A DNA stretch of 64,000 nt, from assembly GCA_964016885.1 (NCBI GenBank), contig OZ024742.1, positions 346,456,001 through 346,520,000 of the forward strand, read 5' to 3'. The position numbers were made by a program, and so were the translations under genes. The notes under the pieces are model-generated. The model did no database searches and had not been told where the DNA came from. It was given only the letters and a program-made list of their open reading frames with translations. Shown here in pieces: positions 13,401 through 25,950 of this stretch (its first letter is position 1; every line of letters starts with the position of its first letter). This DNA is from Eledone cirrhosa. Lineage: Eukaryota.

Positions 13401-16400
13401 GCTAGTTGGAGGTGGAGGGTAAGCTTGTTGGAGGTTGAGGGTAAGTTAGTTGGAAGTGGAGGGTAAGCTAGTTTGAGGTGGAGGGTAAGCTAGTTGGAAG
13501 TTAAGGGTAAGTTAGTTGGAAGTGGAGGGTAAGCTAGTTGGAGGTGGAGGGTAAACTAGTTGGAGGTGGGGGGGTAAGTTAGTTGGAGGTGGAGGGTAAT
13601 CTAGTTGGAGATGGAGGGTAAGTTAGTTGGAGGTGGAGGGTAAGCTAGTTGGAGATGGAGGGTAAGCTAGTTGGAGTAGGAGGGTAATTTAGTTGGAGGT
13701 GGAGGGTAAGTTAGTTGGAGAAGGAGGGTAGGTTAGTTGAAGCTGGAGGGTAAGTTAGTTGGGAGTGAGGATAAGTTAGTTGGAGGTGGCGGGTAAGCTA
13801 GTTGGAGGTGGAAGGTAAGTTAGTTGCAAGTGGAGGGTAAGCTAGTTGAAGATGGACGGTAAGTTAGTTGGAGGTGGAGGGTAAGGTAGTTGGAGGTGGA
13901 GGGCAGGCTAGTTGGGGGGTAAGCTAGTTGGAGTAGGAGGGTAAGTTAGTAGGAGGTGAAGGGTATGTTAGTTGGAGGTGGAGTGTAAGCTAGTTGGAGG
14001 TGGAGGGTAAGTTAGTTGGAAGTGGAGGGTAAGCTAGTTGGAGGTGGAGGGTAAACTAGTTGGAGGTGGGGGGGTAAGTTAGTTGGAGGTGGAGGGTAAG
14101 CTAGTTGGAGATGGAGGGTAAGTTAGTTGGAGGTGGAGGGTAAGCTAGTTGGAGATGGAGGGTAAGCTAGTTGGAGTAGGAGGGTAATTTAGTTGGAGGT
14201 GGAGGGTAAGTTAGTTGGAGAAGGAGGGTAGGTTAGTTGAAGCTGGAGGGTAAGTTAGTTGGGAGTGAGGATAAGTTAGTTGGATGTGGCGGGTAAGCTG
14301 GTTGGAGGTGGAGGGTAAGTTAGTTGCAAGTGGAGGGTAAGCTAGTTGGAGATGGACGGTAAGTTAGTTGGAGGTGGAGGGTAAGGTAGTTGGAGGTGGA
14401 GGGCAGGCTAGTTGGTGGGTAAGCTAGTTGGAGTAGGAGGGTAAGTTAGTTGGAGGTGAAGGGTATGTTAGTTGGAGGTGGAGTGTAAGCTAGTTGGAGG
14501 TGGAGGGTAAGTTAGTTGGAAGTGGAGGGTAAGCTAGTTGGAGGTGGAGGGTAAACTAGTTGGAGGTGGGGGGTAAGTTAGTTGGAGGTGGAGGGTAAGC
14601 TAGTTGGAGATGGAAGGTAAGTTAGTTGGAGGTGGAGGGTAAGCTAGATGGAGATGGAGGGTAAGCTAGTTGGAGTAGGAGGGTAATTTAGTTGGAGGTG
14701 GAGGGTAAGTTAGTTGGAGAAGGAGGGTAGGTTAGTTGAAGCTGGAGGGTAAGTTAGTTGGGAGTGAGGATAAGTTAGTTGGAGGTGGAGGGCAAGCTAG
14801 TTGGAGGTGGAGGGTAAGTTAGTTGCAAGTGGAGGGTAAGCTAGTTGGAGATGGACGGTAAGTTATTTGGAGGTGGAGGGTAAGGTAGTTGGAGGTGGAG
14901 GGCAGGCTAGTTGGGGGGTAAGCTAGTTGGAGTAGGAGGGTAAGTTAGTTGGAGGTGAAGGGTATGTTAGTTGGAGGTGGAGTGTAAGCTAGTTGGAGGT
15001 GGAGGGCAAGTTAGTTGGAGGGCAAGCTAGTTGGAGTAGGAGGGTAAGTTAGTTGGAGGTGGTGGGTAAGTTATTTGGAGGTGGAGGGTAGGTTAGTTGG
15101 AGGTGGAGGGTAATTTAGTTGGAGGTGGAGGGTAAGCTAGTTGGAGGTTGAGGGTAAACTAGTTGGAGGTGGAGGGTAAGTTAGTTGGAAGTGGAGGGTA
15201 AGGTAGTTGGAGATGGAGGGTAATTTAGTTGGAAGTGGAGGGTAAGTTAGTTGGATGTGGAGGATAAGTTAGTTGGAGGTGGAGGGTAAGCTAGTTGGAG
15301 GTGCAGGGTAAGTTAGTTGGAGGTGGGGGGTAGGTTAGTTGGAAGTGGAGGGTAAGCTAGTTGGAGGTGGAGGGTAAATTAGTTGAAGGTGGAGGGTAAG
15401 TTAGTTGGAGGTGGAGCGTAAGCTGGTTGGAGATGGAGGGTAAGTTAGTTGGATGTGGAGGGTCAGTTAGTGGAGGTGGAGGATAGGTTAGTTGGAGGTG
15501 GAGGGTAGGTTAGTTGAAGCTGGAGGGTAATTTAGTTGGGAGTGAGGATAAGTTAGTTGGAGGTGGAGGGTGAGCTAGTTGGAGGTAGGGGGGTAAGTTA
15601 GTTGGAGGTGGAGGGTAAGCTAGTTGGAGGGTAAGCTAGTTGGAGTAGGAGGGTAAGTTAGTTGGAGGTGGAGGGTAAGTTAGTTGGAGGTGGAGGGTAG
15701 GTTAGTTGGAGGTGAAGGGAAAGTTAGTTGGAGGTGGAGGGTAAACTAGTTGGAGGTGGAGGGTAAGTTAGTTGGAAGTGGAGGGTAAGCTAGTTGGAGG
15801 TTGAGGGTAAGTTAGTTGGGGTGGAGGATGGGTTAGTTCGAGGTGGAGGGTAAGTTAGTTGGAGATGGAGGGTAAGCTAGTTGGAGGTGGAGGGTAAGTT
15901 GATTGGAGGTGTATGGTAAGTTAGTTTGAGGTGGAGGGTAAGCTATTTGGAGGTGGAGGGTAAGTTAGTTGGAGGTGGAGAGTAGGTTAGTTGGAGGTGG
16001 AGGTTAAGTTAGTTGGAGGGGAGGGTGAGCTAGTTGGAAGTGGAGGGTAAGTTAGTTGGAGGTGGAGGGTAAATTAGTTGGGGTGGAGGATAGGTTAGTT
16101 GGAGGTGGAGGGTAAGCTAGTTGGAATAGGAGGGTAAGTTAGTTGGGGGTGGAGGGTAAGCTAGTTGGAGGTGGAGGGTAAGCTAGTTGGAAGTGGAGGG
16201 TAAGTTAGTTGGTGTTGGAGGGTAAGCTAGTTGGAGGTGGAGGGTAAGTTAGTTAGAGGTGGAGGGTAAGTTAGTTGGAGGGGGACGGTAGGCTATTTGG
16301 AGGTGGAGGGTATGCTAGTTGGAGTTGGAGGGTAAGCTTGTTGGAGGTTGAGGGTAAGTTAGTTGGAAGTGGAGGGTAAGCTAGTTGGAGGTGGAGGGTA

Positions 16401-19330
16401 AGCTAGTTGGAAGTTGAGGGTAAGTTAGTTGGAAGTGGAGGGTAAGTTAGGTGGAGGTTGAAGGTAAGTTAGTTGGAAGTGGAGGGTAAGCTAGTTGGAG
16501 GTGGAGGGTAAACTAGTTGGAGGTAGGGGGGTAAGTTAGTTGGAGGTGGAGGGTAAGCTAGTTGGAGATGGAGGGTAAGTTAGTTGGAGGAGGAGGGTAA
16601 GCTAGTTGGAGATGGAGGGTAAGTTTTTTGGAGGTGGAGGGTAAGCTAGTTGGAGGGTAAGCTAGTTGGAGTAGGAGGGTAAGTTAGTTGGAGGTGGAGG
16701 GTAAGTTAGTTGGAGGTGGAGGGTAGGTTAGTTGGAGTTGGAGGGTAATTTAGTTGGAGGTGGAGGTTAAGCTAGTTGGAGGTTGAGGGTAAACTAGTTG
16801 GAGGTGGAGGGTAAGTTAGTTGGATGGAGGGTAAGTGAGTTGGATATGAAGGGTAAGTTAGTTGGACGTGGAGGGTAGGTTAGTTGGAGGTGGAGTGTAA
16901 GCTAGTTGGAGGTGGAGGGTAAGTTAGTTGGAAGTGGAGGGTAAGTTAGTTGGAGGTGGAGGGTAGGTTAGTTGGATGTGGAGGGTATGTTAGTTGGAGG
17001 TGGAGGGTAAGCTAGTTGGAGGTGGAGGGTAAGTTAGTTGGAAATGGAGGGTAAGCTAGTTGGAGATTGAGGGTAAGTTAGTTGGGGTGGAAGATAGGTT
17101 AGTTGGAGTTGGAGGGTAAGCTAGTTGGAGGTGGAGGGTAAGTTAGTTGGAGGTGGAGGGTAAGTTAGTTGGAAGTGGAGGGTAAGCTAGTTGGAAGTGG
17201 AGGGTAAACTATTTGGAGGTGGAGGGTAAGTTAGTTGGAAGTGGAGGGTAAGCTAGTTGGAGATGGAGGGTAAGTTAGTTGGAGGTGGAGGGTAAGTTAG
17301 TTGGATGTGGAGGGTAAGTTATTTGGAGGTGGAGGGTAAGCTAGTTGGATGTGCAGGGTAAGTTAGTTGGAGGTGGAAGGTAGGTTAGTTGGAGATGGAG
17401 GGTAAGTTGGTTGGAGGTGGAGGGTAAGCTAGTTGGAGGTGGAGGGTAAGTTAGTTGGAGGTGGAGGGTAAATTAGTTGGAGGTGGAGGGTATGTTAGTT
17501 GGAGGTGGAGGGTAAGCTAGTTGGAGATGGAGGGTAAGTTAGTTGGAAATTGAGGGTAAGTTAGTTGGGGGTGGAGGGTAAGCTAGTTGGAAGTTGAGGG
17601 TAAGTTAGTTGGAAGTGGAGGGTAAGTTAGTTGGAGGTTGAAGGTAAGTTAGTTGGAAGTGGAGGGTAAGCTAGTTGGAGGTGGAGGGTAAACTAGTTGG
17701 AGGTAGGGGGGTAAGTTAGTTGGAAGTGGAGGGTAAGCTAGTTGGAGATGGAGGGTAAGTTAGTTGGAGGAGGAGGGTAAGCTAGTTGGAGATGGAGGGT
17801 AAGTTTTTTGGAGGTGGAGGGTAAGCTAGTTGGAGGGTAAGCTAGTTGGAGTAGGAGGGTAAGTTAGTTGGAGGTGGAGGGTAAGTTAGTTGGAGGTGGA
17901 GGGTATGTTAGTTGGAGGTGGAGGGTAATTTAGTTGGAGGTGGAGGTTAAGCTAGTTGGAGGTTGAGGGTAAACTAGTTGGAGGTGGAGGGTAAGTTAGT
18001 TGGATGGAGGGTAAGTGAGTTGGATATGAAGGGTAAGTTAGTTGGACGTGGAGGGTAGGTTAGTTGGAGGTGGAGGGTAAGCTAGTTGGAGGTGGAGGGT
18101 AAGTTAGTTGGAAGTGGAGGGTAAGCTAGTTGGAGGTTGAGGGTAAGTTAGTTGGGGTGGAAGACAGGTTAGTTGGAGGTGGAGGGAAAGCTAGTTGGAG
18201 GTGGAGGGTAAGTTAGTTGGAGGTGGAGGGTAAGTTAGTTGGAAGTGGAGGGTAAGCTAGTTGGATGTGGAGGGTAAGTTATTTGGAGGTGGAGGGTAAG
18301 TTAGTTGGATGTGGAGGGTAAGTTATTTGGAGGTGGAGGGTAAGCTAGTTGGATGTGCAGGGTAAGTAATTTGGAGGTGGAAGGTAAATTAGTTGGGGTG
18401 GAGGATAGGTTATTTGGAGATGGAGGGTAAGTTAGTTGGGGTCGGAGGGTAAGCTAGTTGGAGGTGGAGGGTAAGCTAGTTGGAGGTGGAGGGTAAGCTA
18501 GTTGCAGTAGGAGTGTAATTTAGTTGGAGGTGGAGGGTAAGTTAGTTGGAGAAGGAGCGTAGGTTAGTTGAAGCTGGAGGGTAAGTTAGTTGGGAGTGAG
18601 GATAAGTTAGTTGGAGGTGGCGGGTAAGCTAGTTGGAGGTGGAGGGTAAGTTAGTTGCAAGTGGAGGGTAAGCTAGTTGGAGATGGACGGTAAGTTAGTT
18701 GGAGGTGGAGGGTAAGGTAGTTGGAGGTGGAGGGCAGGCTAGTTGGGGGGTAAGCTAGTTGGAGTATGAGGGTAAGTTAGTTGGAGGTGAAAGGTAGGTT
18801 AGTTGGAGGTGGAGTGTAAGCTAGTTGGAGGTGGAGGGTAAGTTAGTTGGAGGTGTATGGAAAGTTAGCTTGAGGTGGAGGGTAAGCTATTTGGAGGTGG
18901 AGGGTAAGTTAGTTGGAGGTGGAGGGTAAGTTAGTTGGAGGTGGAGGGTAGGTTAGTTGGAGGTGGAGGGTAAGTTAGTTGGTGGGGAGGGTGAGCTAGT
19001 TGGAGGTGGAGGGTAAGTTAGTTGGTGGTGGAGGGTAAATTAGTTGGCGTGGAGGATAATTTATTTGGAGGTGGAGGGTAAGTTAGTTGGGGGTGGGGGG
19101 TAAGCTAGTTGGAGGTGGAGGGTAAGTTAGTTAGAGGTGGAGGGTAAGTTAGTTGGAGGGGGACGGTAGGCTATTTGGAGGTGGAGGGTAAGCTAGTTGG
19201 AGGTGGAGGGTAAGCTTGTTGGAGGTTGAGGGTAAGTTAGTTGGAAGTGGAGGGTAAGCTAGTTTGAGGTGGAGGGTAAGCTAGTTGGAAGTTGAGGGTA
19301 AGTTAGTTGGAAGTGGAGGGTAAGTTAGTT
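4455..19330 (+). repeat. Higher-order duplication with 11,164-bp offset (~4455-8160 matches ~15620-19325)
   Basis: Markers taagttGatt at 4737/15901 and gaagaCagg at 7001/18165 both give offset 11164. The order of intervening variants is the same where I checked it. Confidence 0.85.
13500..15000 (+). repeat. 500-bp (about 23-unit) higher-order repeat, three tandem copies; the trimer recurs at ~28.5-30.0 kb and ~41.9-43.4 kb
   Basis: Marker ttgCaagtgg at 13827/14327/14826, 28807/29307/29807 and 42244/42744/43244. 500 bp is consistent with 22 x 22 bp plus one 16-bp unit. Confidence 0.9.
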
Positions 19331-22300
19331 GGAGGTGGAGGGTAGGTTAGTTGGAGGTGGAGGGTAAGCTAGTTGGAGTGGAGGTTAAGTTAGTTGGAAG
19401 TGGAGGGTAAGCTAGTTGGAGGTTGAGGGTAAGTTAGTTGGGGTGGAAGATAGGTTAGTTGGAGTTGGAGGGTAAGCTAGTTTGAGGTGGAGGGTAAGTT
19501 AGTTGGAGGTGGAGGGTAAGTTAGTTGGAAGTGGAGGGTAAGCTAGTTGGAAGTGGAGGGTAAACTATTTGGAGGTGGAGGGTAAGTTGGTTGGAAGTGG
19601 AGGGTAAGCTAGTTGGAGATGGAGGGTAAGTTAGTTGGGGGTGGAGGGTAAGTTATTTGGATGTGGAGGGTAAGTTATTTGGAGTTGGAGGGTAAGCTAG
19701 TTGGATGTGCAGGGTAAGTTAGTTGGAGGTGGAAGGTAGGTTAGTTAGAGGTGGAGGGTAAGTTGGTTGGAGGTGGAGGGTAAGCTAGTTGGAGGTGGAG
19801 GTTAAGTTAGTTGGAGGTGGAGGGTAAATTAGTTGGGGTGGAGGATAGGTTATTTGGAGATGGAGGGTAAGTTAGTTGGGGTCGGAGGGTAAGCTAGTTG
19901 GAGGTGGAGGGTAAGCTAGTTGGAGGTGGAGGGTAAGCTAGTTGGAGTAGGAGGGTAATTTAGTTGGAGGTGGAGGGTAAGTTAGTTGGAGAAGGAGGGT
20001 AGGTTAGTTGAAGCTGGAGGGTAAATTAGTTGGGAGTGAGGATAAGTTAGTTGGAGGTGGCGGGTAAGCTAGTTGGAGGTGGAGGGTAAGTTAGTTGCAA
20101 GTGGAGGGTAAGCTAGTTGGAGATGGACGGTAAGTTAGTTGGAGGTCGAGGGTAAGGTAGTTGGAGGTGGAGGGCATGCTAGTTGGGGGGTAAGCTAGTT
20201 GGAGTAGGAGGGTAAGTTAGTTGGAGGTGAAGGGTAGGTTAGTTGGAGGTGGAGTGTAAGCTAGTTGGAGGTGGAGGGTAAGTTAGTTGGAGGTGTATGG
20301 TAAGTTAGTTTGAGGTGGAGGGTAAGCTATTTGGAGGTGGAGGGTAAGTTAGTTGGAGGTGGAGGGTCAGTTAGTTGGAGGTGGAGGGTAGGTTAGTTGG
20401 AGGTGGAGGGTAAGTTAGTTGGTGGGGAGGGTGAGCTAGTTGGAGGTGGAGGGTAAGTTAGTTGGTGTTGGAGGGTAAATTAGTTGGCGTGGAGGATAAT
20501 TTAGTTGGAGGTGGAGGGTAAGTTAGTTGGGGGTGGGGGGTAAGCTAGTTGGAGGTGGAGGGTAAGTTAGTTAGAGGTGGAGGGTAAGTTAGTTGGAGGG
20601 GGACGGTAGGCTATTTGGAGGTGGAGGGTAAGCTAGTTGGAGGTGGAGGGTAAGCTTCTTGGAGGTTGAGGGTAAGTTAGTTGGAGGTGAAGGGTATGTT
20701 AGTTGGAGGTGGAGTGTAAGCTAGTTGGAGGTGGAGGGTAAGTTAGTTGGAAGTGGAGGGTAAGCTAGTTGGAGGTGGAGGGTAAAGTAGTTGGAGGTGG
20801 GGGGGTAAGTTAGTTGGAGGTGGAGGGTAAGCTAGTTGGAGATGGAAGGTACGTTAGTTGGAGGTGGAGGGTAAGCTAGATGGAGATGGAGGGTAAGCTA
20901 GTTGGAGTAGGAGGGTAATTTAGTTGGAGGTGGAGGGTAAGTTAGTTGGAGAAGGAGGGTAGGTTAGTTGAAGCTGGAGGGTAAGTTAGTTGGGAGTGAG
21001 GATAAGTTAGTTGGAGGTGGCGGGCAAGCTAGTTGGAGGTGGAGGGTAAGTTAGTTGCAAGTGGAGGGTAAGCTAGTTGGAGATGGACGGTAAGTTATTT
21101 GGAGGTGGAGGGTAAGGTAGTTGGAGGTGGAGGGCAGGCTAGTTGGGGGGTAAGCTAGTTGGAGTAGGAGGGTAAGTTAGTTGGAGGTGAAGGGTATGTT
21201 AGTTGGAGGTGGAGTGTAAGCTAGTTGGAGGTGGAGGGCAAGTTAGTTGGAGGGTAAGCTAGTTGGAGTAGGAGGGTAAGTTAGTTGGAGGTGGTGGGTA
21301 AGTTATTTGGAGGTGGAGGGTAGGTTAGTTGGAGGTGGAGGGTAATTTAGTTGGAGGTGGAGGGTAAGCTAGTTGGAGGTTGAGGGTAAACTAGTTGGAG
21401 GTGGAGGGTAAGTTAGTTGGAAGTGGAGGGTAAGGTAGTTGGAGGTGGAGGGTAATTTAGTTGGAAGTGGAGGGTAAGTTAGTTGGATGTGGAGGATAAG
21501 TTAGTTGGAGGTGGAGGGTAAGCTAGTTGGAGGTGCAGGGTAAGTTAGTTGGAGGTGGGGGGTAGGTTAGTTGGAAGTGGAGGGTAAGCTAGTTGGAGGT
21601 GGAGGGTAAATTAGTTGAAGGTGGAGGGTAAGTTAGTTGGAGGTGGAGGGTAAGCTGGTTGGAGATGGCGGTTAAGTTAGTTGGATGTGGAGGGTCAGTT
21701 AGTGGAGGTGGAGGATAGGTTAGTTGGAGGTGGAGGGTAGGTTAGTTGAAGCTGGAGGGTAATTTAGTTGGGAGTGAGGATAAGTTAGTTGGAGGTGGAG
21801 GGTGAGCTAGTTGGAGGTAGGGGGGTAAGTTAGTTGGAGGTGGAGGGTAAGCTAGTTGGAGATGGAGGGTAAGTTAGTTGGAGGAGGAGGGTAAGCTAGT
21901 TGGAGATGGAGGGTAAGTTTTTTGGAGGTGGAGGGTAAGCTAGTTGGAGGGTAAGCTAGTTGGAGTAGGAGGGTAAGTTAGTTGGAGGTGGAGGGTAAGT
22001 TAGTTGGAGGTGGAGGGTATGTTAGTTGGAGGTGGAGGGTAATTTAGTTGGAGGTGGAGGTTAAGCTAGTTGGAGGTTGAGGGTAAACTAGTTGGAGGTG
22101 GAGGGTAAGTTAGTTGGATGGAGGGTAAGTGAGTTGGATATGAAGGGTAAGTTAGTTGGACGTGGAGGGTAGGTTAGTTGGAGGTGGAGGGTAAGCTAGT
22201 TGGAGGTGGAGGGTAAGTTAGTTGGAAGTGGAGGGTAAGCTAGTTGGAGGTTGAGGGTAAGTTAGTTGGGGTGGAAGACAGGTTAGTTGGAGGTGGAGGG

Positions 22301-25300
22301 AAAGCTAGTTGGAGGTGGAGGGTAAGTTAGTTGGAGGTGGAGGGTAAGTTAGTTGGAAGTGGAGGGTAAGCTAGTTGGATGTGGAGGGTAAGTTATTTGG
22401 AGGTGGAGGGTAAGTTAGTTGGATGTGGAGGGTAAGTTATTTGGAGGTGGAGGGTAAGCTAGTTGGATGTGCAGGGTAAGTAATTTGGAGGTGGAAGGTA
22501 AATTAGTTGGGGTGGAGGATAGGTTATTTGGAGATCGAGGGTAAGTTAGTTGGGGTCGGAGGGTAAGCTAGTTGGAGGTGGAGGGTAAGCTAGTTGGAGG
22601 TGGAGGGTAAGCTAGTTGCAGTAGGAGTGTAATTTAGTTGGAGGTGGAGGGTAAGTTAGTTGGAGAAGGAGCGTAGGTTAGTTGAAGCTGGAGGGTAAGT
22701 TAGTTGGGAGTGAGGATAAGTTAGTTGGAGGTGGCGGGTAAGCTAGTTGGAGGTGGAGGGTAAGTTAGTTGCAAGTGGAGGGTAAGCTAGTTGGAGATGG
22801 ACGGTAAGTTAGTTGGAGGTGGAGGGTAAGGTAGTTGGAGGTGGAGGGCAGGCTAGTTGGGGGGTAAGCTAGTTGGAGTAGGAGGGTAAGTTAGTTGGAG
22901 GTGAAAGGTAGGTTAGTTGGAGGTGGAGTGTAAGCTAGTTGGAGGTGGAGGGTAAGTTAGTTGGAGGTGTATGGTAAGTTAGCTTGAGGTGGAGGGTAAG
23001 CTATTTGGAGGTGGAGGGTAAGTTAGTTGGAGGTGGAGGGTAAGTTAGTTGGAGGTGGAGGGTAGGTTAGTTGGAGGTGGAGGGTAAGTTAGTTGGTGGG
23101 GAGGGTGAGCTAGTTGGAGGTGGAGGGTAAGTTAGTTGGTGGTGGAGGGTAAATTAGTTGGCGTGGAGGATAATTTATTTGGAGGTGGAGGGTAAGTTAG
23201 TTGGGGGTGGGGGGTAAGCTAGTTGGAGGTGGAGGGTAAGTTATTTAGAAGTGGAGGGTAAGTTAGTTGGAGGGGGACGGTAGGCTATTTGGAGGTGGAG
23301 GGTAAGCTAGTTGGAGGTGGAGGGTAAGCTTGTTGGAGGTTGAGGGTAAGTTAGTTGGAAGTGGAGGGTAAGCTAGTTTGAGGTGGAGGGTAAGCTAGTT
23401 GGAAGTTGAGGGTAAGTTAGTTGGAAGTGGAGGGTAAGTTAGTTGGAGGTGGAGGGTAGGTTAGTTGGAGGTGGAGGGTATGTTAGTTGGAGGTGGAGGG
23501 TAAGCTAGTTGGTGTGGAGGGTAAGTTAGTTGGAAGTGGAGGGTAAGCTAGTTGGAGGTTGAGGGTAAGTTAGTTGGGGTGGAAGATAGGTTAGTTGGAG
23601 TTGGAGGGTAAGCTAGTTTGAGGTGGAGGGTAAGTTAGTTGGAGGTGGAGGGTAAGTTAGTTGGAAGTGGAGGGTAAGCTAGTTGGAAGTGGAGGGTAAA
23701 CTATTTGGAGGTGGAGGGTAAGTTGGTTGGAAGTGGAGGGTAAGCTAGTTGGAGATGGAGGGTAAGTTAGTTGGGGGTGGAGGGTAAGTTATTTGGATGT
23801 GGAGGGTAAGTTATTTGGAGTTGGAGGGTAAGCTAGTTGGATGTGCAGGGTAAGTTAGTTGGAGGTGGAAGGTAGGTTAGTTAGAGGTGGAGGGTAAGTT
23901 GGTTGGAGGTGGAGGGTAAGCTAGTTGGAGGTGGAGGTTAAGTTAGTTGGAGGTGGAGGGTAAATTAGTTGGGGTGGAGGATAGGTTATTTGGAGATGGA
24001 GGGTAAGTTAGTTGGGGTCGGAGGGTAAGCTAGTTGGAGGTGGAGGGTAAGCTAGTTGGAGGTGGAGGGTAAGCTAGTTGGAGTAGGAGGGTAATTTAGT
24101 TGGAGGTGGAGGGTAAGTTAGTTGGAGAAGGAGGGTAGGTTAGTTGAAGCTGGAGGGTAAATTAGTTGGGAGTGAGGATAAGTTAGTTGGAGGTGGCGGG
24201 TAAGCTAGTTGGAGGTGGAGGGTAAGTTAGTTGCAAGTGGAGGGTAAGCTAGTTGGAGATGGACGGTAAGTTAGTTGGAGGTCGAGGGTAAGGTAGTTGG
24301 AGGTGGAGGGCATGCTAGTTGGGGGGTAAGCTAGTTGGAGTAGGAGGGTAAGTTAGTTGGAGGTGAAGGGTAGGTTAGTTGGAGGTGGAGTGAAAGCTAG
24401 TTGGAGGTGGAGGGTAAGTTAGTTGGAGGTGTATGGTAAGTTAGTTTGAGGTGGAGGGTAAGCTATTTGGAGGTGGAGGGTAAGTTAGTTGGAGGTGGAG
24501 GGTCAGTTAGTTGGAGGTGGAGGGTAGGTTAGTTGGAGGTGGAGGGTAAGTTAGTTGGTGGGGAGGGTGAGCTAGTTGGAGGTGGAGGGTAAGTTAGTTG
24601 GTGTTGGAGGGTAAATTAGTTGGCGTGGAGGATAATTTAGTTGGAGGTGGAGGGTAAGTTAGTTGGGGGTGGGGGGTAAGCTAGTTGGAGGTGGAGGGTA
24701 AGTTAGTTAGAGGTGGAGGGTAAGTTAGTTGGAGGGGGACGGTAGGCTATTTGGAGGTGGAGGGTAAGCTAGTTGGAGGTGGAGTGTAAGCTTCTTGGAG
24801 GTTGAGGGTAAGTTAGTTGGAGGTGAAGGGTATGTTAGTTGGAGGTGGAGTGTAAGCTAGTTGGAGGTGGAGGGTAAGTTAGTTGGAAGTGGAGGGTAAG
24901 CTAGTTGGAGGTGGAGGGTAAACTAGTTGGAGGTGGGGGGGTAAGTTAGTTGGAGGTGGAGGGTAAGCTAGTTGGAGATGGAAGGTAAGTTAGTTGGAGG
25001 TGGAGGGTAAGCTAGATGGAGATGGAGGGTAAGCTAGTTGGAGTAGGAGGGTAATTTAGTTGGAGGTGGAGGGTAAGTTAGTTGGAGAAGGAGGGTAGGT
25101 TAGTTGAAGCTGGAGGGTAAGTTAGTTGGGAGTGAGGATAAGTTAGTTGGAGGTGGCGGGCAAGCTAGTTGGAGGTGGAGGGTAAGTTAGTTGCAAGTGG
25201 AGGGTAAGCTAGTTGGAGATGGACGGTAAGTTATTTGGAGGTGGAGGGTAAGGTAGTTGGAGGTGGAGGGCAGGCTAGTTGGGGGGTAAGCTAGTTGGAG

Positions 25301-25950
25301 TAGGAGGGTAAGTTAGTTGGAGGTGAAGGGTATGTTAGTTGGAGGTGGAGTGTAAGCTAGTTGGAGGTGGAGGGCAAGTTAGTTGGAGGGTAAGCTAGTT
25401 GGAGTAGGAGGGTAAGTTAGTTGGAGGTGGTGGGTAAGTTATTTGGAGGTGGAGGGTAGGTTAGTTGGAGGTGGAGGGTAATTTAGTTGGAAGTGGAGGG
25501 TAAGTTAGTTGGATGTGGAGGATAAGTTAGTTGGAGGTGGAGGGTAAGCTAGTTGGAGGTGCAGGGTAAGTTAGTTGGAGGTGGGGGTAGGTTAGTTGGA
25601 AGTGGAGGGTAAGCTAGTTGGAGGTGGAGGGTAAATTAGTTGAAGGTGGAGGGTAAGTTAGTTGGAGGTGGAGGGTAAGCTGGTTGGAGATGGCGGGTAA
25701 GTTAGTTGGATGTGGAGGGTCAGTTAGTGGAGGTGGAGGATAGGTTAGTTGGAGGTGGAGGGTAGGTTAGTTGAAGCTGGAGGGTAATTTAGTTGGGAGT
25801 GAGGATAAGTTAGTTGGAGGTGGAGGGTGAGCTAGTTGGAGGTAGGGGGGTAAGTTAGTTGGAGGTGGAGGGTAAGCTAGTTGGAGATGGAGGGTAAGTT
25901 AGTTGGAGGAGGAGCGTAAGCTAGTTGGAGATGGAGGGTAAGTTGTTGGA
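17700..25950 (+). repeat. Tandem higher-order duplication, ~4.1 kb period
   Basis: Markers aagtttttt at 17801/21915 and gaagaCagg at 18165/22279 both give offset 4114. Confidence 0.8.
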